From Candidatus Coprovivens sp. (GTDB taxonomy: Bacteria; Bacillota_I; Bacilli_A; RF39; UBA660): a DNA stretch of 64,000 nucleotides. The notes beneath the pieces are model-generated. The model did no database searches. It was not told the origin of the DNA and saw only the letters and a list, made by a program, of their open reading frames with translations. Every line of letters begins with the position of its first letter. Position 1 is the stretch's first letter. The DNA lies in the NCBI GenBank assembly GCA_045654965.1, contig JAZOOK010000184.1, positions 2,111 to 66,110 of the forward strand, given 5' to 3'. Both the position numbers and the translations under genes were made by a program. This document shows positions 30,203 to 40,170 of this stretch, piece after piece.

Positions 30203-30240
30203 AAAAAAGCCATAATTTGGCTTTTATTTTTTTTCTAATA
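30203..30240 (-). terminator. Terminator of gpmI
   Basis: AAAGCCaaattatGGCTTTTTTaTTTTTTT on the minus strand, overlapping the gpmI stop. Confidence 0.7.
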
Positions 30241-31729
30241 ATATTTCTGTATTTTTCATCTCTTTTGGTAATGCAATATCCATATATTTTAATAGTGTTG
30301 GGGCAAAACTTGTTAAATCTCCGTTTTTAAGTTTTACTTTATTATCTACTATCATAAATGGTACAGGACTTAATGTATTCTTTGTTATTATGTTATTTTG
30401 TCTATCTACTATCGTGTCAGCTTTACCGTGACTAGATGTTATGATGACTTTATAAAAATTTTCTTCTGCTATTTCTAAGATTTTACCTAAGCAAACATCT
30501 ATGGCTTGTAGGCCATTTATTGTAGCTTGATAATTTCCAGTATGTCCTACTTCATCAGGATTAGCAAAGTTAACTAATATGAAATCATAATCTTTTTCCA
30601 TACATTTTATAACTGTTTTAGCAATAGATAGTGAATCCATTTCTGGTTTCATATCGTAACTATCTACTTTAGGTGATGGAATTATATATCGATCACAGTC
30701 TTTTAGTTCTAATTTTCTTCTACCAGTTAAGTAATATGTCATAGAACTTTCTTTAACACTTTCAAATATATGAGCTTGTGTTAATCCTAAATCTGAAATG
30801 TATTCAGGAAGTGTATGGATTTGTGTATCCATTTCAAAGAAGTAATTTCTATTTAATTCTTTATCTATCTCTAATAAACTATATACTTTTACATCTAAAT
30901 TATGCGCATTAAATTTATCAAAGTCTTTGTTGCATAATGAATTGAGTAATTGAACTTGATTTTCTTTGCTAAAATTCAACAGCATTAATACATCCCCATT
31001 TTCAAGCGGAGCAAATTCTTTACACTTTATCGGCGGTAAATATTCATCCGATAATTTCTTTTCATAGCATTTTTCTATAACTTTATATATATTGTTGGCA
31101 ACTATCCCTCTACCCTCTGTTAGCAAGTCATAGTACATTTTTGTTCTTTTATAATCATTACTTTTATCTAAACCGTAATATCTACCACAAACAGAAGCTA
31201 TTTTTACTTTTATGTTACAAGAAGGTTCTATTTCCTCTAAGTATGATTTTATACCATGGCGATCAGAATCTCTACCATCTGATAAAGCATGTATAAAAAT
31301 ATTATTATCTACCTTAGAGTTTGTTAATTCTTGCAAAAATAATTTTAAATGTTCTATATGAGAAGATACTCCTCCATCTGATAGTAAAGTAACTATATGT
31401 ATTTTTTTATCCGGATGACGCTTTAAGTAATCAGCCATTTCATTATATTTAGTATTGAATTTGTAATCAGATTTTTTAAATGTACTATTTATTTTACTTA
31501 GTTTATTGTTTATTTCTCTTCCAGCTCCAATGATTTCGTGTCCTAATTCACTGTATCCACATTGATTTTCTGGTAGACCAACTGATAAACCACTTGCTTT
31601 TAGTAAACAATGCGGATAGTTGTTCCATATATTTATAAAATTATTCATTCCGGCCATTTTTACTGCGTTACCGTATATGTCTTCACGCATACCAAAACCA
31701 TCTAATATAATTGTTAATATTTTTTTCAT
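30224..31729 (-). CDS. gpmI: 2,3-bisphosphoglycerate-independent phosphoglycerate mutase
   Basis: iPGM N-terminus MKKILTIILDGFGMRED; ~500 aa. Start at MKKIL with RBS AGGAGAA; the track ORF begins 7 codons upstream. Confidence 0.85.
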   Translation of the reverse strand: MKKILTIILDGFGMREDIYGNAVKMAGMNNFINIWNNYPHCLLKASGLSVGLPENQCGYSELGHEIIGAGREINNKLSKINSTFKKSDYKFNTKYNEMADYLKRHPDKKIHIVTLLSDGGVSSHIEHLKLFLQELTNSKVDNNIFIHALSDGRDSDRHGIKSYLEEIEPSCNIKVKIASVCGRYYGLDKSNDYKRTKMYYDLLTEGRGIVANNIYKVIEKCYEKKLSDEYLPPIKCKEFAPLENGDVLMLLNFSKENQVQLLNSLCNKDFDKFNAHNLDVKVYSLLEIDKELNRNYFFEMDTQIHTLPEYISDLGLTQAHIFESVKESSMTYYLTGRRKLELKDCDRYIIPSPKVDSYDMKPEMDSLSIAKTVIKCMEKDYDFILVNFANPDEVGHTGNYQATINGLQAIDVCLGKILEIAEENFYKVIITSSHGKADTIVDRQNNIITKNTLSPVPFMIVDNKVKLKNGDLTSFAPTLLKYMDIALPKEMKNTEILLEKK

Positions 31730-31800
31730 AGGCAATTCTCCTATTATCATAATAGCACATAAAAAAAAGAAATTACAAGAGTTCTTGTAATTTCTTTGTA

Positions 31801-32562
31801 TTAATATGATGTTTTTCCTTCTTCCATCATTATTTTGTCTACTATAATTGCTATGAATTCTCCATTAGTTGGTTTTGTTTTATAATAATCTACACAACTT
31901 TGAAATAATTCATTAGAGTATTCGTAGTTTCCTCTATCCCAACCAGTTTCTATAGCGCTTCTAATAGATCTTTCTATACAACTTTCCTTTTTAGAAAAAG
32001 ATTCTGCTAACATGGGATATATTTCTTTAGTAATAGAAGTCAGTAAAGATGGTTCCATATAGCATTCATAAATTGCTTTTCTTAAATAATGAAATCCATT
32101 TTTATCTGGTGCTATTCCTAATTTCTTTAACATTTCAGCAACTTTATCATATACTGATATCTTTTTATAATTGTATTTTTCTTTTTTATTCTTAATTTCT
32201 TTTAATGAATATATTAGTTCATTTATTTTATAATTCTTTGGTATCACATTAAATAACTGGTAATTGGATGCTGACAAGTTGTAACAATCCAATTTTATAT
32301 TATCTAATATTATGGTTCTAGATAATAAGTATTCGTTATTATAATTAGTTATTAGAGATAACGCATTTTCTCCTTTTAGTGTCCCATCTACTACTATTGC
32401 ATCAACGTCTATATTTGAATCATTAATAATAGCGAGTGCATTATGATAATTTTCAGCAAAATACTTTAAATTTATTTCACTTGTTAATTTACTAATCTCT
32501 TCTTTTAATCTTTGAAAATCTTCTTTACAACAAACTACTAATGTATTAATAGTGTTTTTCAT
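31801..32562 (-). CDS. Spo0A-type regulator: Spo0A C-terminal DNA-binding domain with atypical receiver (Asp-Asp pair replaced by Cys-Cys)
   Basis: The C-terminus GFHYLRKAIYECY...LTSITKEIYPMLAE...CIERSIRSAIETGWDRGN closely matches the Spo0A_C signature (YLREAI...ITKELYP...RVERAIRHAIEVAWSRGN). The N-terminal receiver-like fold has LVVCCKED in place of LIADDN; a candidate phospho-Asp is retained in AIVVDGT. Confidence 0.6.
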   Translation of the reverse strand: MKNTINTLVVCCKEDFQRLKEEISKLTSEINLKYFAENYHNALAIINDSNIDVDAIVVDGTLKGENALSLITNYNNEYLLSRTIILDNIKLDCYNLSASNYQLFNVIPKNYKINELIYSLKEIKNKKEKYNYKKISVYDKVAEMLKKLGIAPDKNGFHYLRKAIYECYMEPSLLTSITKEIYPMLAESFSKKESCIERSIRSAIETGWDRGNYEYSNELFQSCVDYYKTKPTNGEFIAIIVDKIMMEEGKTSY

Positions 32563-32673
32563 ATTGTGTTCTCTTTCTATGTTTTTATTCTAACTATGCT
32601 GAATCGAGTTTATTGTACTATTTTGTCGATACACTTATTTTTTTATAAAAAGAAGTTGATTTAAAACCAACTC

Positions 32674-33864
32674 TTATTCTTTATCTAATATATTGTCTAT
32701 AGCAGGTAAGCCTTCATTAATTATGTATTCAAGTGTAGCTCCTCCACCCGTTGATAGGAATGTAAATCTATCTCCTAGTCCAAAGTGTTTAACTGCACTT
32801 ACTCCGTCTCCGCCACCTACTATTTTTACTGCTTTACTATTAACTATAGTTTCTAGTAGAGCTCTGGTTCCGTTTGCATAACGGTTGTCTTCGTACTTTC
32901 CTGCTGTTCCGTTTACGAAGATTGTTTCTGAATCATCTATAATTTCTTTGAATTTGTTTATACTTTTCATTCCAATGTCATAGATAATATCATCATCAAA
33001 TACTTTATCTATATTTACGTGTTCAATATAATCTTCGTTATATATTCTGCTTATTATAGCATCTATAGGTAATACTATTTTATCTTTATATTGAATCAAT
33101 ATATCTTTTATTTTTGCTAATACATCAGGATCTTTTGTTCTTAGTGAACTTCCGACATTAAATCCCAAAGTCGCTAAACATGAATTTGCAATACCTCCAA
33201 CAAGTATTAAATTATCACATCTTGGTAGTAGTGATTCTATTAATTCTACTTTATCTTCTACTTTTGCTCCACCCATTACAATAGTAAATGGTTTTTTAGC
33301 ATTTAAGATGTATCCATCTAGCATTTCTACTTCTTTTTGAACTAGAAATCCTATACAACTTGGAAGATAATTTGCAATAGCATGTGTTGATGCATGTTTT
33401 CTATGAGCAGAACCAAATGCATCTAAACAATATATATCAGCTAATTCAGCCCAATACATTGCTAATTGTGAATCATTTCCACTTTCTAATTTGTTTGGTA
33501 CATCTTCAAATCTAGTATTTTCTAATACTATAATTTCTCCAGGATTCATCTCTTCTATTTTTCCTGCAAGATACATACTTCTAGGTTGCTTAGCAAAAAT
33601 TACTTTTGTACTAACTAGTTTTTGAAGATGAGAAGCCACTATTGCTAATGAATTTTTCTCTTTATCTTCTTCAGTTTTTACTTTACCAAAGTGAGACATA
33701 ATTATTATTTTTGCACCTTGTTTAACAAGATAATCTATAGTAAATAATGCTGCCACTATTTTGCTATCATCTAATATTTGACCATCTTTTACTGGTACAT
33801 TAAAGTCGCAACGTAATAAGACTCTTTTATTTCTAACATCCATGTCTTGAATTCTTCTTTTCAT
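32674..33864 (-). CDS. pgk: Phosphoglycerate kinase
   Basis: RVLLRCDFNVP N-terminal motif; 396 aa. Start at MKRR with RBS AAGGTGAT. Confidence 0.9.
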   Translation of the reverse strand: MKRRIQDMDVRNKRVLLRCDFNVPVKDGQILDDSKIVAALFTIDYLVKQGAKIIIMSHFGKVKTEEDKEKNSLAIVASHLQKLVSTKVIFAKQPRSMYLAGKIEEMNPGEIIVLENTRFEDVPNKLESGNDSQLAMYWAELADIYCLDAFGSAHRKHASTHAIANYLPSCIGFLVQKEVEMLDGYILNAKKPFTIVMGGAKVEDKVELIESLLPRCDNLILVGGIANSCLATLGFNVGSSLRTKDPDVLAKIKDILIQYKDKIVLPIDAIISRIYNEDYIEHVNIDKVFDDDIIYDIGMKSINKFKEIIDDSETIFVNGTAGKYEDNRYANGTRALLETIVNSKAVKIVGGGDGVSAVKHFGLGDRFTFLSTGGGATLEYIINEGLPAIDNILDKE

Positions 33865-33961
33865 TACCATCACCTTTTCCATTATAAAATAAGTTTTTTA
33901 TCACTTCAATTTGTGAATTTATTGGTTTACATAAAAAGAGTGCCGTTAGACACTCCTTATA

Positions 33962-34975
33962 CTATTTATTAATGTTCATTAGAGTTTTTGCTGTACGCAT
34001 CATTTGAGCTGTATAACCCATTTCGTTATCGTACCAAGCAATAATTTTTACTAATTGTTTTCCTTCAGATTCTAGAACACTAGTAGATAATCCATCAACA
34101 AGAGCACCTGTTTTTTTACCAAGTATGTCACTTGATACTACTGGATCCATTGTAATTTTTAAGGTTTCACTTTGATTATTTGTAAACAATGTGTTTATTT
34201 CTTCTGCTGTAGTATTTCTTGATAACTCTAAAGTTACGTCAATTACTGATCCATCTGGTACTGGTACACGGAATGCATTTCCATCTAATTTACCAAGTAA
34301 ACTTGGGATAACTTTTCCGATAGCACTTGCTGCTCCTGTAGAAGCAGGTACTATATTCATAGCACAAGCACGTCCTCTACGAGCCATAATTCCTTTTTTA
34401 TGAGGAACATCTAATGTAGCTTGGTCATTTGTATAAGCATGAACTGTTGTCATATATCCTTTTACAATACCAATATTATCTTCTATTACTTTTAGTACTG
34501 GAGCTAAGCAGTTAGTTGTACAAGAAGCTGCAGAAATAACTGTTTCTGTTCCATCTAATGTATCTGAGTTTACATTATATACTATAGTTTTCATATCACC
34601 TTTACCAGGAGCTGAAATTATAACTTTTTTAGCACCAGCTGTAATATGCTTTTGAGCATCTTCTAAGCTAGTGAATAGACCTGTACATTCTAGTACTACA
34701 TCTACTCCTAAATCTTTCCATGGTAAGTTTGCAGGATCTTTTTCAGAATATACTTTAATTCTCTTAGTTCCTTTGATAACTATTTCATCACCTTCGAAGT
34801 TAATAATATCTTCATGGAATGAACGATGATTTGTATCGTATTTTAATAAATACGCTAATGTTTCTGCATCTGTTAAGTCATTAATTGCTACACAGTCAAA
34901 ATCTGTTCCTGTGATGATTTCTCTAAATGCTAATCTTCCGATACGGCCGAAACCGTTAATTGCTACTTTTATCAT
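33962..34975 (-). CDS. gap: Glyceraldehyde-3-phosphate dehydrogenase
   Basis: MIKVAINGFGRIGR Rossmann N-terminus; catalytic SCTTNC. Confidence 0.9.
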   Translation of the reverse strand: MIKVAINGFGRIGRLAFREIITGTDFDCVAINDLTDAETLAYLLKYDTNHRSFHEDIINFEGDEIVIKGTKRIKVYSEKDPANLPWKDLGVDVVLECTGLFTSLEDAQKHITAGAKKVIISAPGKGDMKTIVYNVNSDTLDGTETVISAASCTTNCLAPVLKVIEDNIGIVKGYMTTVHAYTNDQATLDVPHKKGIMARRGRACAMNIVPASTGAASAIGKVIPSLLGKLDGNAFRVPVPDGSVIDVTLELSRNTTAEEINTLFTNNQSETLKITMDPVVSSDILGKKTGALVDGLSTSVLESEGKQLVKIIAWYDNEMGYTAQMMRTAKTLMNINK

Positions 34976-34991
34976 TTATATTCCTCTTTTC

Positions 34992-36662
34992 TTATTCGTA
35001 ATGTTCGAAAACACTTTTTCCGATAAATTCTCTTAATACTGACTCGTCACATACATAGTCAGATGGTATTGGATAGAATCCTCTTAAATTATTAATTAAT
35101 CTTCTAGCTTCATTATATGCTGGAGAATTACTTTTTACTGAGTATAGTAATGGTTCTACGAATACTTTAAGTACTCCAACTTCATATGCTAAAGATGTGT
35201 TAATTATCTTATCTATATCATTAATGAATGGATAAATATGTTTTTCTTCTCCTGAACGAACTGTATTCCAATATGTAATTGTTTGTCCCACATCAGTTGC
35301 TCTCATTCTATTATCTCTTACTATTCTACGCATTAAACGTAAATCTGTTGAAGATACATAGTTATGTCTATCTACGTTAAGAGATATGAATGGACTTAGA
35401 TATACTTTATATTTTAAGTCTTTTTCTAAATCTGGAGTCATAGCATCATTTATACTATGTAGACCTTCCATTAATATAATAGCGTTTTCTCCTAATTTAA
35501 CAGGATCATGGTCATATTTCTTTTTACCAGCTACGAAGTCATATTCTGGAATAGTAACTTTCTTTCCTGCTAATAATTCTTTTAATTGTTTATTTAATAA
35601 TTTTAGATCTAATGCTTCTAAACATTCGAAATCATAATTTCCTTCTGCATCTCTAGGTGAATCTACTAAATCTTTGAAATAGTTATCTACTGATATTAGT
35701 AATACTTCTTGACCTCTACTTCTTAATTGAAGAGCTATTTTCTTAGTTGTTGTAGTTTTTCCTGATGAAGATGGTCCTGCTATAAGAATGTATCTTGATT
35801 TTCTCTTTATAATATCATCAGCTAATTCACGAATTTTATTTTCATAATTCATTTCGATTGTTTTTATTAGATTTTCTATTTTACAATCAGATACTACTTT
35901 ATTTAAATCTGATAAATATGGTATTCCTAAATCTTTTAACCATTTTTTACTTTCGTTGAAGCATTTGATTACTCCTTGATAGTGGATATATTCTGGTACT
36001 TTAAATTTAGTTGTTGGAGATGGGAATAGTAATACTAATTTATTATCTCCTAAGAATACTAAATCATAATTTTTTAAACATCCTGTAGAATATGGCATAT
36101 CTGAATAGAAATAGTTAATATAATTACGTAGTTTATGAACTGTTACTATTTTATTTGTTACGTTGTGGATATTTTGAGCTTTTTCCACAGCTTTCACTTT
36201 ATTATAGTAGTTGATAGCTTCTTTCTTTTCTGCATTTAATTCATAAATACGTTCATCATTTGCTATTATTTCATTCATTTTTGTTTTTAATTTTTTTGCA
36301 TCATTTAAAGTGAATTTCTTTTCACTTTGGATTGTCATATGGATACCATTAGCTATTGAGTGATCCATTGTTACTTCATATCCTTCTCCAAATGCTTCTT
36401 TTAATGCAACTTCTACAACAAATTCTAATCCATATTTATTCATTTTATATCCATTAGTTGTTGTTGCATCAATGAATTCAATTGTCATTGCTCTAGTTAT
36501 TTTTGTTTCCATAGGAACTGTTTCGTTGTCTATTTCAGCACCAACTATGCAATTTTTCATCTTTGGTTGATATGTTTTACTTAGTTCATAGATAGTAGTA
36601 CCTTTTTCTACTTCTACAACTGTTCCATCATTTAATGTTACATTTGCTCTATTACTTGCCAT
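34992..36662 (-). CDS. TGS-domain / uridine-kinase-family (P-loop NTP kinase) fusion protein
   Basis: N-terminal ThrRS-like TGS (VTLNDGTVVEVEKGTTIYEL); central Walker A IAGPSSSGKTTT, typical of the Udk/PRK family. Confidence 0.65.
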   Translation of the reverse strand: MASNRANVTLNDGTVVEVEKGTTIYELSKTYQPKMKNCIVGAEIDNETVPMETKITRAMTIEFIDATTTNGYKMNKYGLEFVVEVALKEAFGEGYEVTMDHSIANGIHMTIQSEKKFTLNDAKKLKTKMNEIIANDERIYELNAEKKEAINYYNKVKAVEKAQNIHNVTNKIVTVHKLRNYINYFYSDMPYSTGCLKNYDLVFLGDNKLVLLFPSPTTKFKVPEYIHYQGVIKCFNESKKWLKDLGIPYLSDLNKVVSDCKIENLIKTIEMNYENKIRELADDIIKRKSRYILIAGPSSSGKTTTTKKIALQLRSRGQEVLLISVDNYFKDLVDSPRDAEGNYDFECLEALDLKLLNKQLKELLAGKKVTIPEYDFVAGKKKYDHDPVKLGENAIILMEGLHSINDAMTPDLEKDLKYKVYLSPFISLNVDRHNYVSSTDLRLMRRIVRDNRMRATDVGQTITYWNTVRSGEEKHIYPFINDIDKIINTSLAYEVGVLKVFVEPLLYSVKSNSPAYNEARRLINNLRGFYPIPSDYVCDESVLREFIGKSVFEHYE

Positions 36663-36799
36663 TTAAAATCCCTCGCTTATTCTATAATTAATTATACTAT
36701 ATAAAATGTTAAATTTGCATATTTTTTGTTGAACAAGTTATTTGTTGATATATTTTATACACCTCTTTTATGTTATAATTTTTTTGATAGAGGTGCTTT

Positions 36800-38182
36800 A
36801 TGGAAGAGAATAAAAAGAAAATTATAAAGTCTATTATTACGATTATTATATTGTTAGTACTTGGCGGCATTATTATAACTAATTTTACTAGTGCTCCTTA
36901 TGTATTAGATATAGAAATTAGTGATAGTAAGAGATTTGAAGACAAAGTTATATTTAATATAGAGGTTGGTAATTCAATATTTAAATTTGATAAAAGTTCT
37001 TGGTGTTATTTAAGTAAAGATACAATTGTACCTGATATTAATTCTGAAGGTTGGGTTAAAGCAGAAAATGGATATTGTAGTTTTACTACGGATAGCGGAT
37101 TGCATAATGTTTATCTAAAAGATAGTTTTGGAAATATGAGCGATATGAAGTCTCAACATATACAAATTAATAAAGTACTAAGAGTAGATTTAAATAAAGA
37201 AAGTCTTTATATGTATAAAGGTAGACAAGAAAAGTTATCTTATACTATTACCAAATTAGGAACTGTTGATGAATCAGTTACATGGAAATCAGAAAATGAA
37301 AATATTGCTACAGTTGATACTAATGGTAATGTACAAGGAATAAACTATGGTACAACTTATATTCAAGCTATTAGTAGTACCGGTACTATAGGAAAAACCA
37401 AGGTTGTTGTTAGTAGTTATATTACAAAGCCAACTATTAATTTGAAAAAAAGTTATCTATCATGTCAACAATTTACTGTAGATGAAGCACAAATGTTAGA
37501 TAACGCATTATTAGATAGAATTGAGGCTGCTGGATACGGAACTAGAGCTGGTGTTGTAGAAGCAGCAAGATTCTTGACTTTAGAATTTAATTTTAGAGTA
37601 CATTATTTTTTCGAAAACGGAAGACTTAATAATTATGAACCTTATATTAAGGTTGATGGTGAAGGAAGATATTATCATAAAGGTTTATTTTTAAGTACTG
37701 ATAAATATGATGCGTTATCACCTACTTTCGAAGGACCGGCTATGTGGGGTTGTAATTTAAAGAATTATACTACTCAAAGTGGTTGGGTTCGTGGAAAGCT
37801 ATATCCTAATGGTTTAGATTGTTCTGGGTTTGTTACTTGGGCATTATTAAATGGTGGTTTTGATGTAGGAGATATTGGTGCAGGTGCTAGTGCTAAAACA
37901 TATGATTTAGATGATATCGGAAAGAAAGTAACTATTACAGATAAACTGATGAAATCTGGACAAGTTAAAGTTGGAGATTTAATAGGTAATAACGGACATA
38001 TGGCTATTATTGCTGGTTGGGATAGTAATAATTACTATATCGCCGAATCATTAGATACTACTAAAGGTGTTGTTATGACTACAGTACCTAGAAATAAATT
38101 GGTAGGTAAAAGTATTTATAAATACATTATATTAATGGATGATGTTTATAAAGAAGATGGAAAATTAACAAATATGTGGTAA
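36800..38182 (+). CDS. Secreted/anchored NlpC/P60-family peptidoglycan hydrolase with Big_2 Ig-like domain
   Basis: N-terminal TM/signal; Big_2-like ATVDTNGNVQGINYGTTYIQAIS; NlpC/P60 catalytic Cys (GLDCSGFVTWAL) and His (GHMAIIAG). Confidence 0.7.
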   Translation: MEENKKKIIKSIITIIILLVLGGIIITNFTSAPYVLDIEISDSKRFEDKVIFNIEVGNSIFKFDKSSWCYLSKDTIVPDINSEGWVKAENGYCSFTTDSGLHNVYLKDSFGNMSDMKSQHIQINKVLRVDLNKESLYMYKGRQEKLSYTITKLGTVDESVTWKSENENIATVDTNGNVQGINYGTTYIQAISSTGTIGKTKVVVSSYITKPTINLKKSYLSCQQFTVDEAQMLDNALLDRIEAAGYGTRAGVVEAARFLTLEFNFRVHYFFENGRLNNYEPYIKVDGEGRYYHKGLFLSTDKYDALSPTFEGPAMWGCNLKNYTTQSGWVRGKLYPNGLDCSGFVTWALLNGGFDVGDIGAGASAKTYDLDDIGKKVTITDKLMKSGQVKVGDLIGNNGHMAIIAGWDSNNYYIAESLDTTKGVVMTTVPRNKLVGKSIYKYIILMDDVYKEDGKLTNMW

Positions 38183-38183
38183 T

Positions 38184-38216
38184 AAAAAAAATGAGTAATT
38201 AGTTACTCATTTTTTC
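38184..38216. terminator. Bidirectional terminator between the NlpC/P60 gene and whiA
   Basis: aaaaaaaATGAGTAAttagTTACTCATttttt; overlaps the whiA stop. Confidence 0.7.
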
Positions 38217-39131
38217 TTTATGTTTTTCAACTAGTTTTTTTACTTTTATGAAATAATGGTTAATTCCTGATTTACCTATTTGGCGACCAGTCTCTGTACT
38301 TATTATATCTGCAAGTTCTTGAAGAGATGTTTCTGGATATGCTTCACGATATCTTACTGCTTCTTGAACGTTTTCATCTAACAAGCCGACTAAGTCATGT
38401 TCTTTTAGATATTTTATATCATCTAATTGTTTCATTCCTGTTTTTAAAATTTTCTCTTGATTAGCAATTTCACAATTATTTAATCTATTAACCATATTTT
38501 TATGATCTCTATATATTCTTATATCTTCAAAATAGAAGAAAGAATTAGTTGCACCTAATAAACGTATAAGATCACTTATCATTTCTGCACTTTTAATATA
38601 TGTCATGTAATGATTATTTCTTTTTAATACTTTCGCTTGGATATTAAAATCTTTCATAATGTTAGCCAAGTATGTACCTTCTTTTTTCATAGGAGATGTA
38701 AATTCTAGATGATATCCTGCTGTGCTAGGATCATTTATACTACCACATGCTAGGAATGCTCCTTGTAAGAATGCTGTTTTTTCTTCTTTGGTACTTAGGA
38801 AATATTCTTCAGGCAATGTTTTTTTATTGTTTTTCATTATATTTAATGTTTCTAAGATGTGTTCACATTTTTCTGTTATATCTAGTATATATATTTGTTT
38901 TACTCTAAATCTCTTTTGGTTACGTACAGTTATTTTTACATTTATACCAAAATTGGTTTTTATATCTTTATATATTCTTCTTGCTACTGAAGCATTTTCC
39001 ATTACAAGAGTTATCTTGTTCTTTTTTATTTGACCAGCATATGTTATGAATGCTGATAATTCAACTAATGATTCTATTTGACCAATGTCATTCTTTGTTA
39101 TTTCTTCTTTTAATCTTGTAGTGAATGTCAT
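38199..39131 (-). CDS. whiA: DNA-binding protein WhiA
   Basis: LAGLIDADG-like N-terminal domain and C-terminal HTH (KSGINHYFIKVKKL); sits downstream of yvcK as in other Firmicutes. Confidence 0.85.
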   Translation of the reverse strand: MTFTTRLKEEITKNDIGQIESLVELSAFITYAGQIKKNKITLVMENASVARRIYKDIKTNFGINVKITVRNQKRFRVKQIYILDITEKCEHILETLNIMKNNKKTLPEEYFLSTKEEKTAFLQGAFLACGSINDPSTAGYHLEFTSPMKKEGTYLANIMKDFNIQAKVLKRNNHYMTYIKSAEMISDLIRLLGATNSFFYFEDIRIYRDHKNMVNRLNNCEIANQEKILKTGMKQLDDIKYLKEHDLVGLLDENVQEAVRYREAYPETSLQELADIISTETGRQIGKSGINHYFIKVKKLVEKHKEKMSN

Positions 39132-39132
39132 T

Positions 39133-40080
39133 TTATTCACCTTCCATTAAATACGAGAAAATTAAGTATGCTGTCTTAAGTGAATCATGTCTTACATACC
39201 CTTCTTCTACTTTGAATAGTTTTTCTGCTATTAGTTTAATACCCTTTTTCTCTAATTTATCTTCATCTATATCAACAGGGTCTTTTCCTTCTGATTTTGC
39301 AAGTAAAGCCATATTTTTAGGAATAGTAGAATTGTTAGCTATAACTACATCTATGCTGTTTTTTCCTAGGTATTTTTCAAATACTTTTATATGGTCACTT
39401 ACTTTATAATTATCTGTTTCTCCCGGTTGTGTAAGCATGTTGCAAATATACATAGTTTTAGCTTTAGAATTTTTTATTGCTTCTTGTATTTCTGGAACTA
39501 TGATATGTGGCATTACACTTGTTAATAACGATCCTGAACTGAAGATAATTAAATCAGCTTTTTTAATTTCTTCTAATACTCTTGGTGTTACTGTTACTGT
39601 TTTATTATATTTAAGATCTTTTATCTTTCTTTTTGATTCAGTTATTTCTGCTTCACCTATTATTTCATAACCTTCTTTTGTTACACCTATTAAATCTACA
39701 TTATCTTCTGTTAATGGTAATAACTTTCCTTTAACATCTAATAAGTCACAAAGAATTGGTAGTGAATGAGCAAAGTTTCCTTTCATATCTAATAAAGCTG
39801 TCATAATCAAATTTTTTATAGAGTGATTACCAATACTACTATCTTTAGGGAATCTATAACTAAATAATTCCTTTACTCCTTTTGATTCTCCTGACATTGC
39901 CATTAGAACTTTTGTTATATCACCAACTGCTGGTATTGCAAATTCTTCTCTTAATCGTCCTGTACTAGCTCCATTGTCAGATACACTAACAACTGCTGTT
40001 ACATCCATTGGAAATTGTATTATTCCTTTTAATAGTTGAGATAGTCCACTACCTCCACCGAATATTACTACTTTTTTCAT
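39133..40080 (-). CDS. yvcK: Gluconeogenesis factor YvcK / CofD-like (UPF0052)
   Basis: KVVIFGGGSGLSQLL Rossmann-like motif. Start at MKKVV with RBS GGAGGA; the track ORF starts at an upstream GTG. Confidence 0.85.
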   Translation of the reverse strand: MKKVVIFGGGSGLSQLLKGIIQFPMDVTAVVSVSDNGASTGRLREEFAIPAVGDITKVLMAMSGESKGVKELFSYRFPKDSSIGNHSIKNLIMTALLDMKGNFAHSLPILCDLLDVKGKLLPLTEDNVDLIGVTKEGYEIIGEAEITESKRKIKDLKYNKTVTVTPRVLEEIKKADLIIFSSGSLLTSVMPHIIVPEIQEAIKNSKAKTMYICNMLTQPGETDNYKVSDHIKVFEKYLGKNSIDVVIANNSTIPKNMALLAKSEGKDPVDIDEDKLEKKGIKLIAEKLFKVEEGYVRHDSLKTAYLIFSYLMEGE

Positions 40081-40170
40081 ATCTTTTCCTCCGTAGGTAT
40101 ATAATACCACAAATCACTTTTTTATTAAATAAACATAGTTTTTTACATGTAAAAAGAAGCTTTCGCTTCT

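Noticed and set aside
36743-36779. Sigma-A promoter for the NlpC/P60 gene (TTGATA ... TGtTATAAT)
   Set aside because: The spacer between the best -35 and the extended -10 is 23 nt. Only the extended -10 is credible, so it was not annotated as a full promoter feature.
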